Assembly (NCBI RefSeq): GCF_009914755.1
Contig: NC_060941.1
Source of the DNA: the human T2T-CHM13v2.0 reference genome, Homo sapiens
DNA: 64,000 bases
Reading direction: 5' to 3' (one strand)
Shown: positions 13,793-26,888 of the stretch, piece after piece
Layout of the letters: each line of letters opens with the position of its first letter
Numbering within the stretch: position 1 is the stretch's first letter
Notes under the pieces: generated by a model
Databases searched by the model: none
Told to the model about the DNA's origin: nothing
What the model saw: only the letters and a program-made list of their open reading frames with translations
Position numbers and translations under genes: made by a program

Positions 13793-15511
13793 GGCTGCTC
13801 TCCGCTGTTTTCTAAAGTTGCAGCAGATTCTATACAGCTGATACCAACATTCTTTTCTAAATAATTCCAGGCTAAAGCCGACAAGTCAAATATAGAAGTC
13901 AGGTGGCATGTGATAAAGAGATGAGGAAAAACACACTTCCTCACTCAGCTAGCAACACCTGCATTTAATCAGTTACTGACCAGTGTACCATTCTAAATAA
14001 AGGGAAAATAGCATGATTCAGGAATCTCTTGGTCACCACCATGCTCTGTGGTGAAACGCTTTGGTCTCAAAACCACCCAAGACAAAGCACGTGGCCTCGT
14101 GTCCCCTTTCTGTTAAACGCATGCTGGGGAGGCGCCAGATCTCCTTCCTTCCACCCCCACGTCTCCCGACCTCCAGCAGCTGCAGGGAAGAGCTGGAAGG
14201 GAAAGTGGAAACCCAACCTTCATGGGTTAGATGGGCCGATGCTTCTGTAACACTCACTAGCAGTGGGACACGGTGGGACAAAATGTGTCATCACAAAGGA
14301 GGTTGAAGTTGCCTTTCTCGATTTTCTGCAAATTAGCAATTTAAAAGTGCTTCCTCCCCTGTGGATTCTGCGCTGGTTCCTTCTACCTCGCCAGAGCAAA
14401 CACCGGACCGTGTGTCTCTAACACCGGAGATGCCAGAGGGTACAGTGTGGGGAGGACTCGCCTGATACGAGGTCCTGTGTCCCCACATTTCCTGTTGGAC
14501 CTAAAGGCTAAACAGGGGTGAACGCACAAGAGGTTCCAGGCGTCCACTCCTGGAGGCAGAGTCCCTGATGTACTCAGGCAGCAGAGCAGCCCTCCTGGTC
14601 GTCTGCAGAAGAGCCCCCAGCGCAGGCCTCAGGTGGTCCCGGCCGCAGCTCCTGGCCAGCTCAGCGGCAGCCTCCGCCCGGGGTCCTCCAGGCGGGCAGG
14701 CCCTGCTTCTGAATTCAGCATCGACTCCCTCCTAGAGGTGCTGCTCCACGGTTTCCTGAATAGTTTCTTGAACCGGAAATCAAGTCACCTCCAAGACCAC
14801 ACGGCGGTTCAGACGGAGTTCGCGAGACCACGCACAAGACAGGCGCGGACGTGGCCAGCAGAGCCCTCGCTCATCCGCCTCCAGTCTCCAAGTGAGGTGG
14901 GTTGCGTGCGGGGCCTCAGCTGTTGAGGGATAAACATCTGTGTCCTGTGTAGAGACCGGGCTCTCTGTGCGGAGGGAAAAGCTGGCAACTGTGCAGGGCC
15001 CCAACCCCACCAGGAGAAGAGGACTCTGGCCCAGGGGTGAATCCACGCGTGTTAACACGCCCCCGGGGCTGAGACTGCGGAAGCTGCGGGTTCCTGGTGT
15101 GGGTCAGGCCTGGGTAAGGGGCCTGAGGGTCATGATGCCCGCAACATCGGCATGCCCTGGTCACCTTCTGCAGCCGGACAGGCAGACGCTGTGATGCTGA
15201 GGAGTGACCAGAACGCTGTGGCCACGGGGCCTGGGCCGTGCTGCTCAGGGGTGCAAAGCGCTCCAACTCCTGCCAGACACATCGGCCGGCACAGAGGGCA
15301 GCAAACGGCTACTGCTGGCCAGGATCAAAGCAGCCGGCAGCTGCAAGACCGCAGTCCTCGTTTCAGGAGCAAGACGTCCCCCAAGGTCGTGGGACCTAGT
15401 CAAAGGGCATGGAAGCCAGTCTGAAAGGTCCCTCGCTGGCCAAATCACAGACAGTGTGAACATCACAGTAAGTGACAGTAACTAATGATAACTCAAATAA
15501 AACAGAAACCA

Positions 15512-16086
15512 TGGAGTCCACACACACATAGAAACTGTGAAGTCCACACACACACAGACACCGCGGAGTCCACACACGGACACCGCGGAGAGTCCACACA
15601 CACATAGAAACTGTGAAGTCCACACACACACGGACACCGCGGAGTCCACACACGGACACCGCGGAGAGTCCACACACACATAGAAACTGTGAAGTCCACA
15701 CACACACGGACACCGCGGAGTCCACACACGGACACCGCGGAGAGTCCACACACACATAGAAACTGTGAAGTCCACACACACACGGACACCGCGGAGTCCA
15801 CACACGGACACCGCGGAGAGTCCACACACACATAGAAACTGTGAAGTCCACACACACACGGACACCGCGGAGTCCACACACGGACACCGCGGAGAGTCCA
15901 CACACACATAGAAACTGTGAAGTCCACACACACACGGACACCGCGGAGTCCACACACGGACACCGCGGAGAGTCCACACACACATAGAAACTGTGAAGTC
16001 CACACACACACGGACACCGCGGAGAGTCCACACACGGACACCGCGGAGAGTCCACACACGGACACCGCGGAGAGTCCACACACACG
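15512..16086. repeat. Compound VNTR: 76-bp higher-order unit (x7) built from ~22-30 bp agtccacacac subunits
   Basis: gaaactgtga recurs at 76-bp spacing from 15531; the array ends in 24-bp monomers. Confidence 0.95.
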
Positions 16087-16861
16087 TAAGAAGAGCAGAG
16101 TCAAGGCGGGGCTGAGGGTATTCCAGGTGGAGGAGATCACAGAGACACAGTAACTAAATGCAGCGCGATTCTGAGCAGGGGTTTCTCCGACGGCACCACT
16201 GGGACAGCCTGGCCCGGCACCGGGTGCCAGTCGTGTCCGGGTGAGTACATCCCTGTCGTGACGGGAGGCCGTGGGCTGCAGGAGAATGTTCTTTGCAGGA
16301 CGTACACACACGTACTCGGGGTGACATGCACGATGCTGGTGGCCTAAGCCAATGGCTCAGGGAGAACAAAAAGTTCTTTGCAGTATCCTTGAAACTTTCT
16401 GTGAGTTCTGATGGTTTCAAAGGGGAAAGAGAAATGAGCAAAAAGATGTAAACACTTTTCACAGAAAAGAAAACCCACATGGCCAAGAACAGAAGACGAC
16501 GCTCACCATAACCCGTGACCAGGAAGTGCAAATCCAGGCACAGAGAGGCCCCCTTTGCTCCTGCTCAGCCAGCAAAAGTGAACCCCCCGGAATTCTAAGT
16601 GCTGGAGAACCAGCGAGAGCGTGGGTGTTCGCAGGCATCACTCTTCCGTGCCCTGGGAGCTGGCAATTCCACTTCCAGGTACAAAGCTAAGAGGAACCCA
16701 CATGCACAGCCAGAGGTGTGTGGACAGGCCACAGCAGCACCATTCCTCAAAGCAAAAACCTGGTGGCAGCCCAAAAGCCTGTCCACAGGAGGAAAGACGG
16801 ATGTACACGGCAGGTTTGCTCAGCAGAATGCTGTACAGCAGAGAAACCAAACAAACCGCAG

Positions 16862-18100
16862 AGGACAGATACACAGAGCGGGGCAGGGAGCCTGCAGACA
16901 AACCCACCCTCAACAGACACACAGAGCGGAGTGGGGAGCCCACAGACAAACCCACCCTTCACAGATACACAGAGCAGGGCAGGGAGCCTGCAGACAAACC
17001 CACCATCGACCGATACACAGAGGAGGAAAGGGAGCCTGCAGACAAACCCACCATCGACCGATACACAGAGGAGGGCAGGGAGCCTGCATACAAACCCACC
17101 CTCGACAGACACACAGAGCGGGGCAGGAGCCTGCAGACAAACCCACCCTCGACAGACACACAGAGCGGGGCAGGAGCCTGCAGACAAACCCACCCTCGAC
17201 AGACACACAGAGCGGGACGGGAGCCTGCAGACAAACCCACCCTCGACAGACACACAGAGCGGGGCGGGAGCCTGCAGACAAACCCACCCTTGACAGACAC
17301 ACAGAGCGGGACGGGAGCCTGCAGACAAACCCACCCTCGACAGACACACAGAGCAGGGCAGGGAGCCTGCAGACAAACCCACACTCGACAGACACACAGA
17401 GGAGGGCAGGGAGCCTGCAGACAAACCCACCCTCGACAGACACGCAGAGCAGGGCAGGAAGCCTGCAGACAAACCCACCCTCGACAGACACACAGAGGAG
17501 GGCAGGAAGCCTGCAGACAAACCCACCCTCGACAGACACACAGAGCAGGGCGGGGAGCCTGCAGACAAACCCACCCTCGACAGACACGCAGAGGAGGGCA
17601 GGAAGCCTGCAGACAAACCCACCCTCGACAGACACACAGAGGAGGGCGGGGAGCCTGCAGACAAACCCACCCTCGACAGACACACAGAGCAGGGCGGGGA
17701 GCCTGCAGACAAACCCACCCTCGACAGACACACAGAGCGGGGCAGGAAGCCTGCAGACAAACCCACCCTCGACAGACACACAGAGGAGGGCAGGGAGCCT
17801 GCAGACAAACCCACCCTCGACAGACACACAGAGCGGGGCAGGGAGCCTGCAGACAAACCCACCCTCGACAGACACACAGGCCGGGGCAGGGAGCCTGCAG
17901 ACAAACCCACCCTCGACAGACACGCAGAGCAGGGCGGGGAGCCTGCAGGCAAACCCACCCTCGACAGACACACAGAGCAGGGCGGGGAGCCTGCAGGCAA
18001 ACCCACCCTGGACAGACACACGGAGGGGGGCAGGGAGCCTGCAGACAAACCCACCCTTGACAGACACAGAGCAGGGCAGGGAGCCTGCAGACAAAGCTAC
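16862..18100. repeat. 48-bp (some 47-bp) VNTR, ~26 copies
   Basis: Unit cagacacacagagcagggcagggagcctgcagacaaacccaccctcga. Confidence 0.97.
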
Positions 18101-18427
18101 CCTCACACCGCCAAGTGATTTTCAACAAAGGCATCAGCACAATTCCATGGAGAAAAGAAAGCTCTTCAATAAATGGTGCTGGGACTGAATATTCACATGA
18201 AAAAAACTAACCTTGATATTTACTTCATGCCACATACGGAAATTAACTAGAGATGGACAAGAGACGTCGATAGGACAGTCAAAACTAGAAGCTACCAGAA
18301 AAACACAACTTCTCCTTCGGGGTGAGCAAAAGTTTATTAGGAAAAAATTTAACTAGAAAACAGTAAATAAGTTGGACTTCACTGATGTTAACATCTTCTG
18401 CTCAAGACACCATTAAAATATGAAGAG

Positions 18428-18598
18428 GGGCCGGGCACGGTGGATCATGCCTGTAATCTCCATGCTTTGAGAGGCTGAGACAGGAGGATTGCTTGTGCCT
18501 GGGAGGCTGAGGCTACAGTGAGTCGAGATTGGGCCACCACACTCCAGCCTGGGTGACAAAGTGAGACGCTCTCAAAAAAAAAAAAAAAAAAAAAAAAA
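18428..18598 (+). mobile_element. Alu monomer (FRAM/AluJ-like) with long A tail
   Basis: ggccgggcacggtgg...ctcaaaa(A25). Confidence 0.85.
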
Positions 18599-18705
18599 GC
18601 AAGCCACTTACAGGGAAAAAATATCCACAATCTATATACCTGACAAAGGACTTGTATCTAGAATATGTCACAAAACTCTGTAACTCATTAATAGTAAGAT
18701 AAACA

Positions 18706-18984
18706 GGCCAGGTGTGGTGGCTCACGCCTGTAATCCTAGCACTCTGGGAGGTCGAGGCGAGCAGACCACCTGAGCTCAGGAGTTCAAGACCAGCCTTGGC
18801 AACATGGGGAAACCCCATCTCTACTAAAATACAAAAAATTAGCCAGGTGTGGTGGTATGCACCTGTAGTCCCAGCTACTCAGGAGGCTGAGGCAGGATTG
18901 CTTGAACCTGGGAGGCGGTGGTTGCAGTGAGCCAAGATCGCACCACTGCACTCCAGCCTGAGCGACAGAGTAAAACTTCATCTC
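18706..18984 (+). mobile_element. AluS
   Basis: Full dimer, tail lost. Confidence 0.88.
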
Positions 18985-19116
18985 CCTCAGAACGACCTGC
19001 ACGCTCCCGGCTCTGGTCCCACGGCAGCCGGGGATAAAAGGTAAGAGGTGAGATATGGGCATTTCATGAAAGAAGATTTATGAATGGCCAATAAACCCAC
19101 GAAAAGGTGCTCACCA

Positions 19117-19422
19117 GGCCGGGCGCGGTGGCTCACGCCTGTAATCCCAGCACTTTGGGAGGCCGAGGCGGGCGGATCACGAGGTCAGGAGATCGAGACC
19201 ATCCTGGCTAACACGGTGAAACCCCGTCTCTACTAAAAATACAAAAAATTAGCCGGGCGAGGTGGCGGGCGCCTGTAGTCCCAGCTACTCGGGAGGCTGA
19301 GGCAGGAGAATGGCGTGAACCCCAGGGGGCGGAGCCTGCAGTGAGCCGAGATTGCGCCACTGCACTCCAGCCTGGGCGACAGCGAGACTCCATCTCAAAA
19401 AAAAAAAAAAAAGAAAAAAAAA
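19117..19422 (+). mobile_element. Young AluY (AluYe-like) with 16-bp TSD gaaaaggtgctcacca
   Basis: CpGs largely intact; gggcgAggtgg, ggagcCtgc and cgacagcgag variants; perfect TSD on both sides. Confidence 0.92.
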
Positions 19423-20454
19423 GAAAAGGTGCTCACCATCACCAGCCATCAGGAAAATGTCAAACCACAGTGAGACACACATCAGAGCTACTAGAATCAT
19501 GAAAATTAAGGCCGACAGCATCAACGCCGCAGAGCCCACACTCTGCTGACGGGAAGGCAGAACAGTACGAACGCCGGAAAACTGTTCAGCAGGTTCCTTT
19601 AAGGTAAAAACACCTTTCCCTCTGATGTGCCAATTCCACCCCTAGGTACTTCCCAAGGTACATCCACAGAAAGACAGACAAGAATGTTAATGGCGTCTTT
19701 ATTCTAGTAACCCGAACTGGAAACTACAGCATCGAAACAATCTCGGTGCAGTCACAGAAGGATGAGCAAACAGTAAGGAGCCACCAATACACAGCCACCA
19801 ATACACAAGCTGTAACGCATGACCATCCGGCTGAGTGGAAAGAGAAACACGAGGGCACGGCGTGCGGTTTCACGTACGCATGAAATTCAAGAGCTGGCAA
19901 CAGAAGCCCTGGGGCTCCAAGTCAGGGCAGTGGCTGCCGTGGGGACCGGAGCCGGGAGCATGCAGGCCGTTCCGAGGGACAGAAGTCTCTGCACCTTGAC
20001 TGGGGTGTGAGTTACACAGGCGTGTGAGCTGTCAAAACACACATTATCCATGTTGTACACAAATTTCACACGGAAATCCTGCACTTCACTGCATGTAAAT
20101 TCTACCTCAATTCTCCAAACCTGAATAAACTATAATGAGATGCAACAACGCGGATGGACCTTAACAATTATAAGGTTTAAAAGTTCCAGAATACTACAGT
20201 GGTACCCACTTTATAAAGTTAAAAAGAACTGAAGTTAAATTTTTTTTTTCAGATTTGTATAGATACCAGATAGTTATTTTAAAAGGACAGCAAGGGATGA
20301 TGAGCGCGGAATTTGGGCTGACGGTTACCCAGGCGGAAGGAGGCAGGGGATAAGCATCGTGGTCACCTGTGAGACGTGAGAAGACCGAGCTGGCTCTTGT
20401 GTCAGGTGGCAGGTCCATGGGTGTTTGTCACACGATGAAAACAAAAAATACAGG

Positions 20455-20895
20455 TGTGGAGTCCTAATTAGGGAAGAGAAGTCAGGCTGGGGGGAGCCGG
20501 GGAAGCAAAAAGAATTCGCAGATTGGCTATGTCTGCCTTTCCTCATGGTTCAGGACACAGCGCGTCTGCACGAATAACTCACCTAACTCACAATCCTCCT
20601 CCACCCAACTTATCACCAGATCCTCGGCTGAGAGGAAAATGCAACTTAGCTCCCTGCAACCCTGGCGTTACCAGCACCGCTCGTGGCCCTCTCCAGCGCA
20701 AGCACCACCTTTAAAACCCCCGGCAAGGCTCTGTCTCCTGCCAGTCAGCTTCTCTCTTGCTGACGCGCCCGTTGCTTTCTTGCAACCTATCTTCCTGCTT
20801 TCTCGAATAAATCTGCCTTTCTTGACCTACAACTGTCTTGGTAAATTCCTTTACCACCTGCACCACTGGCCTCAGTTAGTCGCTACCCACGAAAA
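20455..20895 (+). mobile_element. ERV1-class solo LTR (LTR23/MER49-like)
   Basis: Starts tgtggagtcctaattaggg; internal aataaa; flanked by (a)cagg duplication. Confidence 0.7.
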
Positions 20896-22092
20896 CAGGT
20901 ACAGTTATAATCACAGAGACAAGTAAAACGGGCCACGCGTGAACAAATGAGGAGAATGTGTCCTGAACCAAGGGTCGTGATTAATTTGATTCTGGGCTCC
21001 TGAGATCCTAAGATCTAAATTTAAAAAGAAGAAAAAGAAATCATAGTGGAAGTTAGGAAACACAACTGAATAATAACTAGGGTTTTATATTCAAACCTTA
21101 CGGACACCCCTACAGTACTAAGTTCTCCATGAGAGGAAAATCTTATGTTAGAAACAAAAGCCTGGAGAGGAGGGCCCAGCTCAAGGGTTAGGAACACAAC
21201 TGCAGAATGAGCGCGAATAAAGCAGAAGCAAAACCACAGGTGGGAAAGTAAAGAAATAAAGGGATTAGCGGAGAAGGAGGCAAAGGGCAGCTGTAGAGGT
21301 GGAAAGGAGAACAGCCTCTGACACGGGACAGGCCTTGGGCGTTGCAGGCTGTGCTCAGAGCACCTGCCGGCTTGTGAGGGTTCTAGACGGCACTGCTGCT
21401 CGGGGTCTGGGGCACGGCTACAGCCACATCCCTGTCCCCTCGGTTCAAGGATCGGCAGTGAGGATGAGAACGGCCAGGCTTGTCTGTAACCCTCCCCACA
21501 GCCCCGGCGATGACTCGACAATGCTGTAGAGCCGGCCGAATGGATGCAGAGCCTTTGGGCCGTCCCCGTCTGCAGCGCCCGCCCCGCCTTGGCCCTTCTC
21601 ATCCCAGCCACATGGGCCCCTCTCCTCTCACCTGAGGCCCCAGTTCAGAGGCCTCGGGGCGGTTCCGGGAAGGCCATGTGGCTTCCTGTGCACGTGGACA
21701 GCCATGCGGCCGGTTCCCCAGTGAAGACGGGAGTCGGGGGACAGGAGGGTGGCAGAGGCTCTCCACCCTGGGAACCCTGAAGGGCGAAGGGAAAAGAAAA
21801 CCTGGTCGGCTCAGAAGTAAGCAGCGCTCTCACAACCACCAGACCTCCTGGGTGAAGCCGCTCTGCAGATGTTTTCATAGACATTATGTTTGAACATCTC
21901 TAAGAGGACTGGAACCCAAATCATTATAATGAATGAGCTATTTAGAGGCTATTTTCTTTAAAAGCCAGGCTTCTTGTTTACTTTGTTTTATTCTACTAAA
22001 GTTTCCAAGAACACAGACAACCGAGACGAGAACACAGCAGTGTGTGCCAGGAGGAAACGCCGCGTCAGGCACTGATCCATCAGAGGCCGGCA

Positions 22093-22380
22093 GGGAAGGG
22101 TGTAAACTCAGCGACGGCCGCCAGAGCACCCACGGGTCCCTCGCAGGACCAGAGTCACGTTTTCCAGCGGGGAAGGGTGTAAACTCAGCAACGGCCGCCA
22201 GAGCACCCACGGGTCCCTCGCAGGACCAGAGTCACGTTTTCCAGCGGGGAAGGGTGTAAACTCAGCGACGGCCGCCAGAGCACCCACGGGTCCCTCGCAG
22301 GACCAGAGTCACGTTTTCCAGCGGGGAAGGGTGTAAACTCAGCGACGGCTGCCCGAGCACCCACGGGTCCCTCGCAGGAC
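22093..22380. repeat. 77-bp tandem repeat, ~3.7 copies
   Basis: gggaagggtgtaaactcagcgacggccgccagagcacccacgggtccctcgcaggaccagagtcacgttttccagcg. Confidence 0.93.
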
Positions 22381-22892
22381 TGGCGCCACGTTTAGACAGG
22401 GCTCTGCGAGGACTCACCCCTCTGCCCCTTAGGAACCTGGCCATGGGACAGTCACGGGGGAGGCCTTCCACAGCCTTTCCAAGGACACCTGAGGCCACCT
22501 AATAGGCTCGAGGACAAGCCGTCTAGGCAGGTGTCACGTGACGAGAACGGTGTGCAGGGAGGCTCCACTCTGACTGCAGCAGGTGTGGGGTGGGTCCCAG
22601 GGAGGATGGAGATGCTTCATGAGCAAAAGGTGAAGATCTGTTTAAACCGTCCTCAGTTGCCAACCCTAGAGGTCAGGAACCGAATCTGTTCGACTGTAAC
22701 GCCCTCTGCACATACTGGATCCAGAGTGAGTTTCAGGTGACGTTCACACTGGTCAGCCGGGCAAAACCCCAACGTCCTTCGAGGATGTTCACTCTCGTCC
22801 TCATCAACTCCACAGAGCAGCCAGCACCCGGGAAGGTGCCCACAGGCCCAGCCTCACAACATCTGCAGACCTGCTCCTAAGCCAGGCACAGA

Positions 22893-23426
22893 AGCTGAAC
22901 AACCGGGTCAGACCAGGCCAGGCCTCCGACGCAGACCGAACTCGGGAGCTGAACAACCAGGTCAGACCAGGCCAGGCCTCCGACCCAGACCGAGCTCGGG
23001 AGCTGAACAACGGGTCAGACCAGGCCAGGCCTCTGACGCAGACCGAACTCGGGAGCTGAACAACGGGTCAGACCAGGCCAGGCCTCCGACGCAGACCGAA
23101 CTCGGGAGCTGAACAACCAGGTCAGACCAGGCCAGGCCTCCGACGCAGACCGAACTCGGGAGCTGAACAACCGGGTCAGACCAGGCCAGGCCTCCGACGC
23201 AGACCGAACTCGGGAGCTGAACAACCAGGTCAGACCAGGCCAGGCCTCCGACCCAGACCGAGCTCGGGAGCTGAACAACGGGTCAGACCAGGCCAGGCCT
23301 CCGACGCAGACCGAACTCGGGAGCTGAACAACCAGGTCAGACCAGGCCAGACCTCCGACCCAGACCGAGCTCGGGAGCTGAACAACGGGTCAGACCAGGC
23401 CAGGCCTCCGACCCAGACTGAGCTCA
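22893..23426. repeat. 52/54-bp VNTR, ~10 copies
   Basis: gctgaacaac(ca)ggtcagaccaggccaggcctccgacgcagaccgaactcggga. Confidence 0.95.
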
Positions 23427-24253
23427 GGGGCCCAGCACACCCTAATCCTGTCACCCAAAGACAATAAAAAGCACCATTTTCCATGTGGTGGGTTGAGCTG
23501 TCCTTGGTGGATGCTGTCTTAGTGAGGAAAACATTGGATGGACCATCTGAGCATGAAAACATGAGCCCAAGGAAGGGTCAGGAGAGAGGGCTGAAGGTTC
23601 TGTGTAAGAAAACGGGAGAAATCTGAGGTGTTTTGGTCTAAGAAGAAAAGAGAAGAAAGAGACCCAGGCACCAGGACAGGAGTCATAGCAGCTGGTGCCG
23701 CCCTGGGGGTTCCGCCTTCCCGAGCTGGGCCGATAAATATGCAGTTTTACCCCGTCTGCACACGGGCACGCCTCTCCCAAACTTCCACATGTACCAGGAG
23801 CATGTGCAGAGGCTTCTGGTGATCAAGGAAAAGAGCTGGGTCAGGAGGAGAGGAACGGGCGGCTCCCGCGTAAATCCCCGCGTAGGCAGGAGCTCTGGGC
23901 CAGAGCGGCCTGGAGACGCTGAGCGGCACCCCAGGAATGCACAGAAGCCCCGGAACCTGGCCACAGAGGAGGGACAGATACAGATAAATTTTCCTGAAGT
24001 TTATTTTAAAGTAATTTTTAAATATCTATAGTTGAGTGTAGACTATACAAGCGACTACCTGTTATTCAGTCATTTGTCCTGCTATTGAAAAGTCTTTATA
24101 AACATCACAGTGACTCCCCCATGGAGACCTGCCGGAAACTTCTCCACCGTGACCCTCCCGTCCCATGTTAACGTTTCTGTTTTCCATCACAGTCAACAAC
24201 CTGAAGCTTCTTTGTATCCAAATCGTTCTCAGAGATGCCAAGAAGGAAGCTGA

Positions 24254-24645
<392 letters not shown>

Positions 24646-24729
24646 TAAGTTATCTACATTTTTAAAAGTGTTATTAGTTCAGTTTTTAAAAGAATCTCAC
24701 TAATCTGTGTTTGAATACAAATGACTTAA

Positions 24730-25151
<422 letters not shown>

Positions 25152-25346
25152 TAAGGTTATTCATCTTTTAAGTACCATATTTTCCGATTTCATCCCAGTT
25201 TATCTTCATTTTGCTCACATCGCTCTCTGCTGTGCAATTTTACATTTTTATATATCTTACTTACCGTGATTAACTCATTAAGTGCTACAGCAATTAAACA
25301 GCAACAACCTATTGACCTTAATTTTTAAGGTTGTCTAATAACTATT

Positions 25347-25788
25347 TGATAAGGTTGGGCTGTGTCCCCACCCAAATCTCATCTTGAATTAATAACTGAT
25401 AAGGTTGGGCTGTGTCCCCACCCAAATCTCATCTTGAATTAATAACTATTTGATAAGGTTGGGCTGTGTCCCCGCCCAAATCTCATCTTGAACTGTAGCT
25501 CCCACAATTCCCACGTGTCGTGGGAGGGCCCCGGTGGGAGGCCACTGAATCACGGGGGCGGGCATTTCTGTTCTAGTGATAGTGGGTGAGTCTCAGGAGA
25601 GCTGATGGACTTCAAGGGAGGAGTTTCCCTGCACAAGCTGCCTCTCTCATCGGCCGCCACGTCAGACATGCGCGACTGTGAGACCTGCCCGGACACATGG
25701 AACTGTGAGTCTATTAAACTTCTTTTTCTTTATAAATTACCCAGTCTCGGCTATGTCCTCATCAGCAGCATGAAAACGGACTAACACA
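25347..25788 (+). mobile_element. THE1-type (MaLR) solo LTR at 25451-25788, with its 5' ~50 bp triplicated
   Basis: tgataaggttgggctgtgtccccacccaaatctcatcttgaa x3, ending gaaaacggactaacaca; ctatt/ttatt TSD. Confidence 0.88.
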
Positions 25789-25909
25789 TTATTAGTCTAA
25801 TAACCATTAGAAAAATGATTTTCAAGAACCGCACTAAAATGTAAGATCATTTAATTATTCAACCAACATGTACACATTTATACATTATAAACAAAAGAAA
25901 GTTACTTAC

Positions 25910-25974
25910 CGAATCCAAAAAGCAAAGGTAAGACCCTGAGCTCTGGGCAACTGCTTGATTTTTAGCGTATCCGA
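25910..25974 (-). CDS. B3GNTL1: B3GNTL1 coding exon (approx. exon 4): (V)[21 protein letters not shown]
   Basis: ccacag|TCGGATAC...GATTCG|gtaagt. 65 bp, phase 1/0. Typical GT2 'G.A.N.....G.YL.FLD' motif. Confidence 0.96.
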
Positions 25975-26045
25975 CTGTGGAAAAAAGAAGAGCAAAACTC
26001 TTTTATAATTCAGTTTCCAGCAGCATTCTCTTTCATAGAGCTTAG

Positions 26046-26343
<298 letters not shown>

Positions 26344-26692
26344 AATATACGATGTTCTATAAGAAAGCTAGGAACATTTTGCACTGCCACCAAAAATGTG
26401 GGTCAGCTTTCAAAGGAATGAAAGGAAAGTCAGAGAGAGACAATATTCCACCTTTGGTAGGTGGCATAATGAGAACAAGGATAAAACACAGAGTCCACTG
26501 GGTACTTCATTAAAGTCTGACACTCACTGAAGGAAAAAAAAATGAGATGGACCTTTACTGAGTACAGCACTAAGCTAAGTCCTGGGAATATTTTTTTAAA
26601 CAAAATTAAAATATCCCTGGAAGGAAGTCTGTAAAGTCTACCCTGATGAAAGTCAGGATCCGGTCACAAGAGGGAAGTTGGGGGCTGGCACA

Positions 26693-26888
26693 TGTGTGAC
26701 GGGCTGGTGGAGGTCACTGAGGTAGACCCTCGGAGGGCGGTTTGCACGTGTGTGATGAGCTGGTGGAGGTCACTGAGGTAGACCCTCGGAGGGCGGTTTG
26801 CACGTGTGTGATGAGCTGGTGGAGGTCACTGAGGTAGACCCTCGGAGGGCGGTTTGCACGTGTGTGATGGGCTGGTGGAGGTCACTGG
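26693..26888. repeat. 56-bp tandem repeat, ~3.5 copies
   Basis: tggtggaggtcactgaggtagaccctcggagggcggtttgcacgtgtgtgatgagc. Confidence 0.92.

Larger units (their letters stand above)
18110..20330 (+). mobile_element. Old L1 (L1ME/MC-like) ORF2 end and 3'UTR, interrupted by three Alus
   Basis: gattttcaacaaagg...ctcttcaataaatggtgctggg; ctgacaaaggacttgtatctagaatat. Boundaries approximate. Confidence 0.7.

Noticed and set aside
14633-14926. CpG-rich stretch as a possible extra B3GNTL1 exon
   Set aside because: No frame matches the recalled protein, and exons 4 and 5 already join in frame (FLDS-DDVM).
16599-18188. 529-aa ORF and overlapping 390-480-aa ORFs
   Set aside because: Products of a 48-bp VNTR; open in many frames on both strands, with no domain or splice context.
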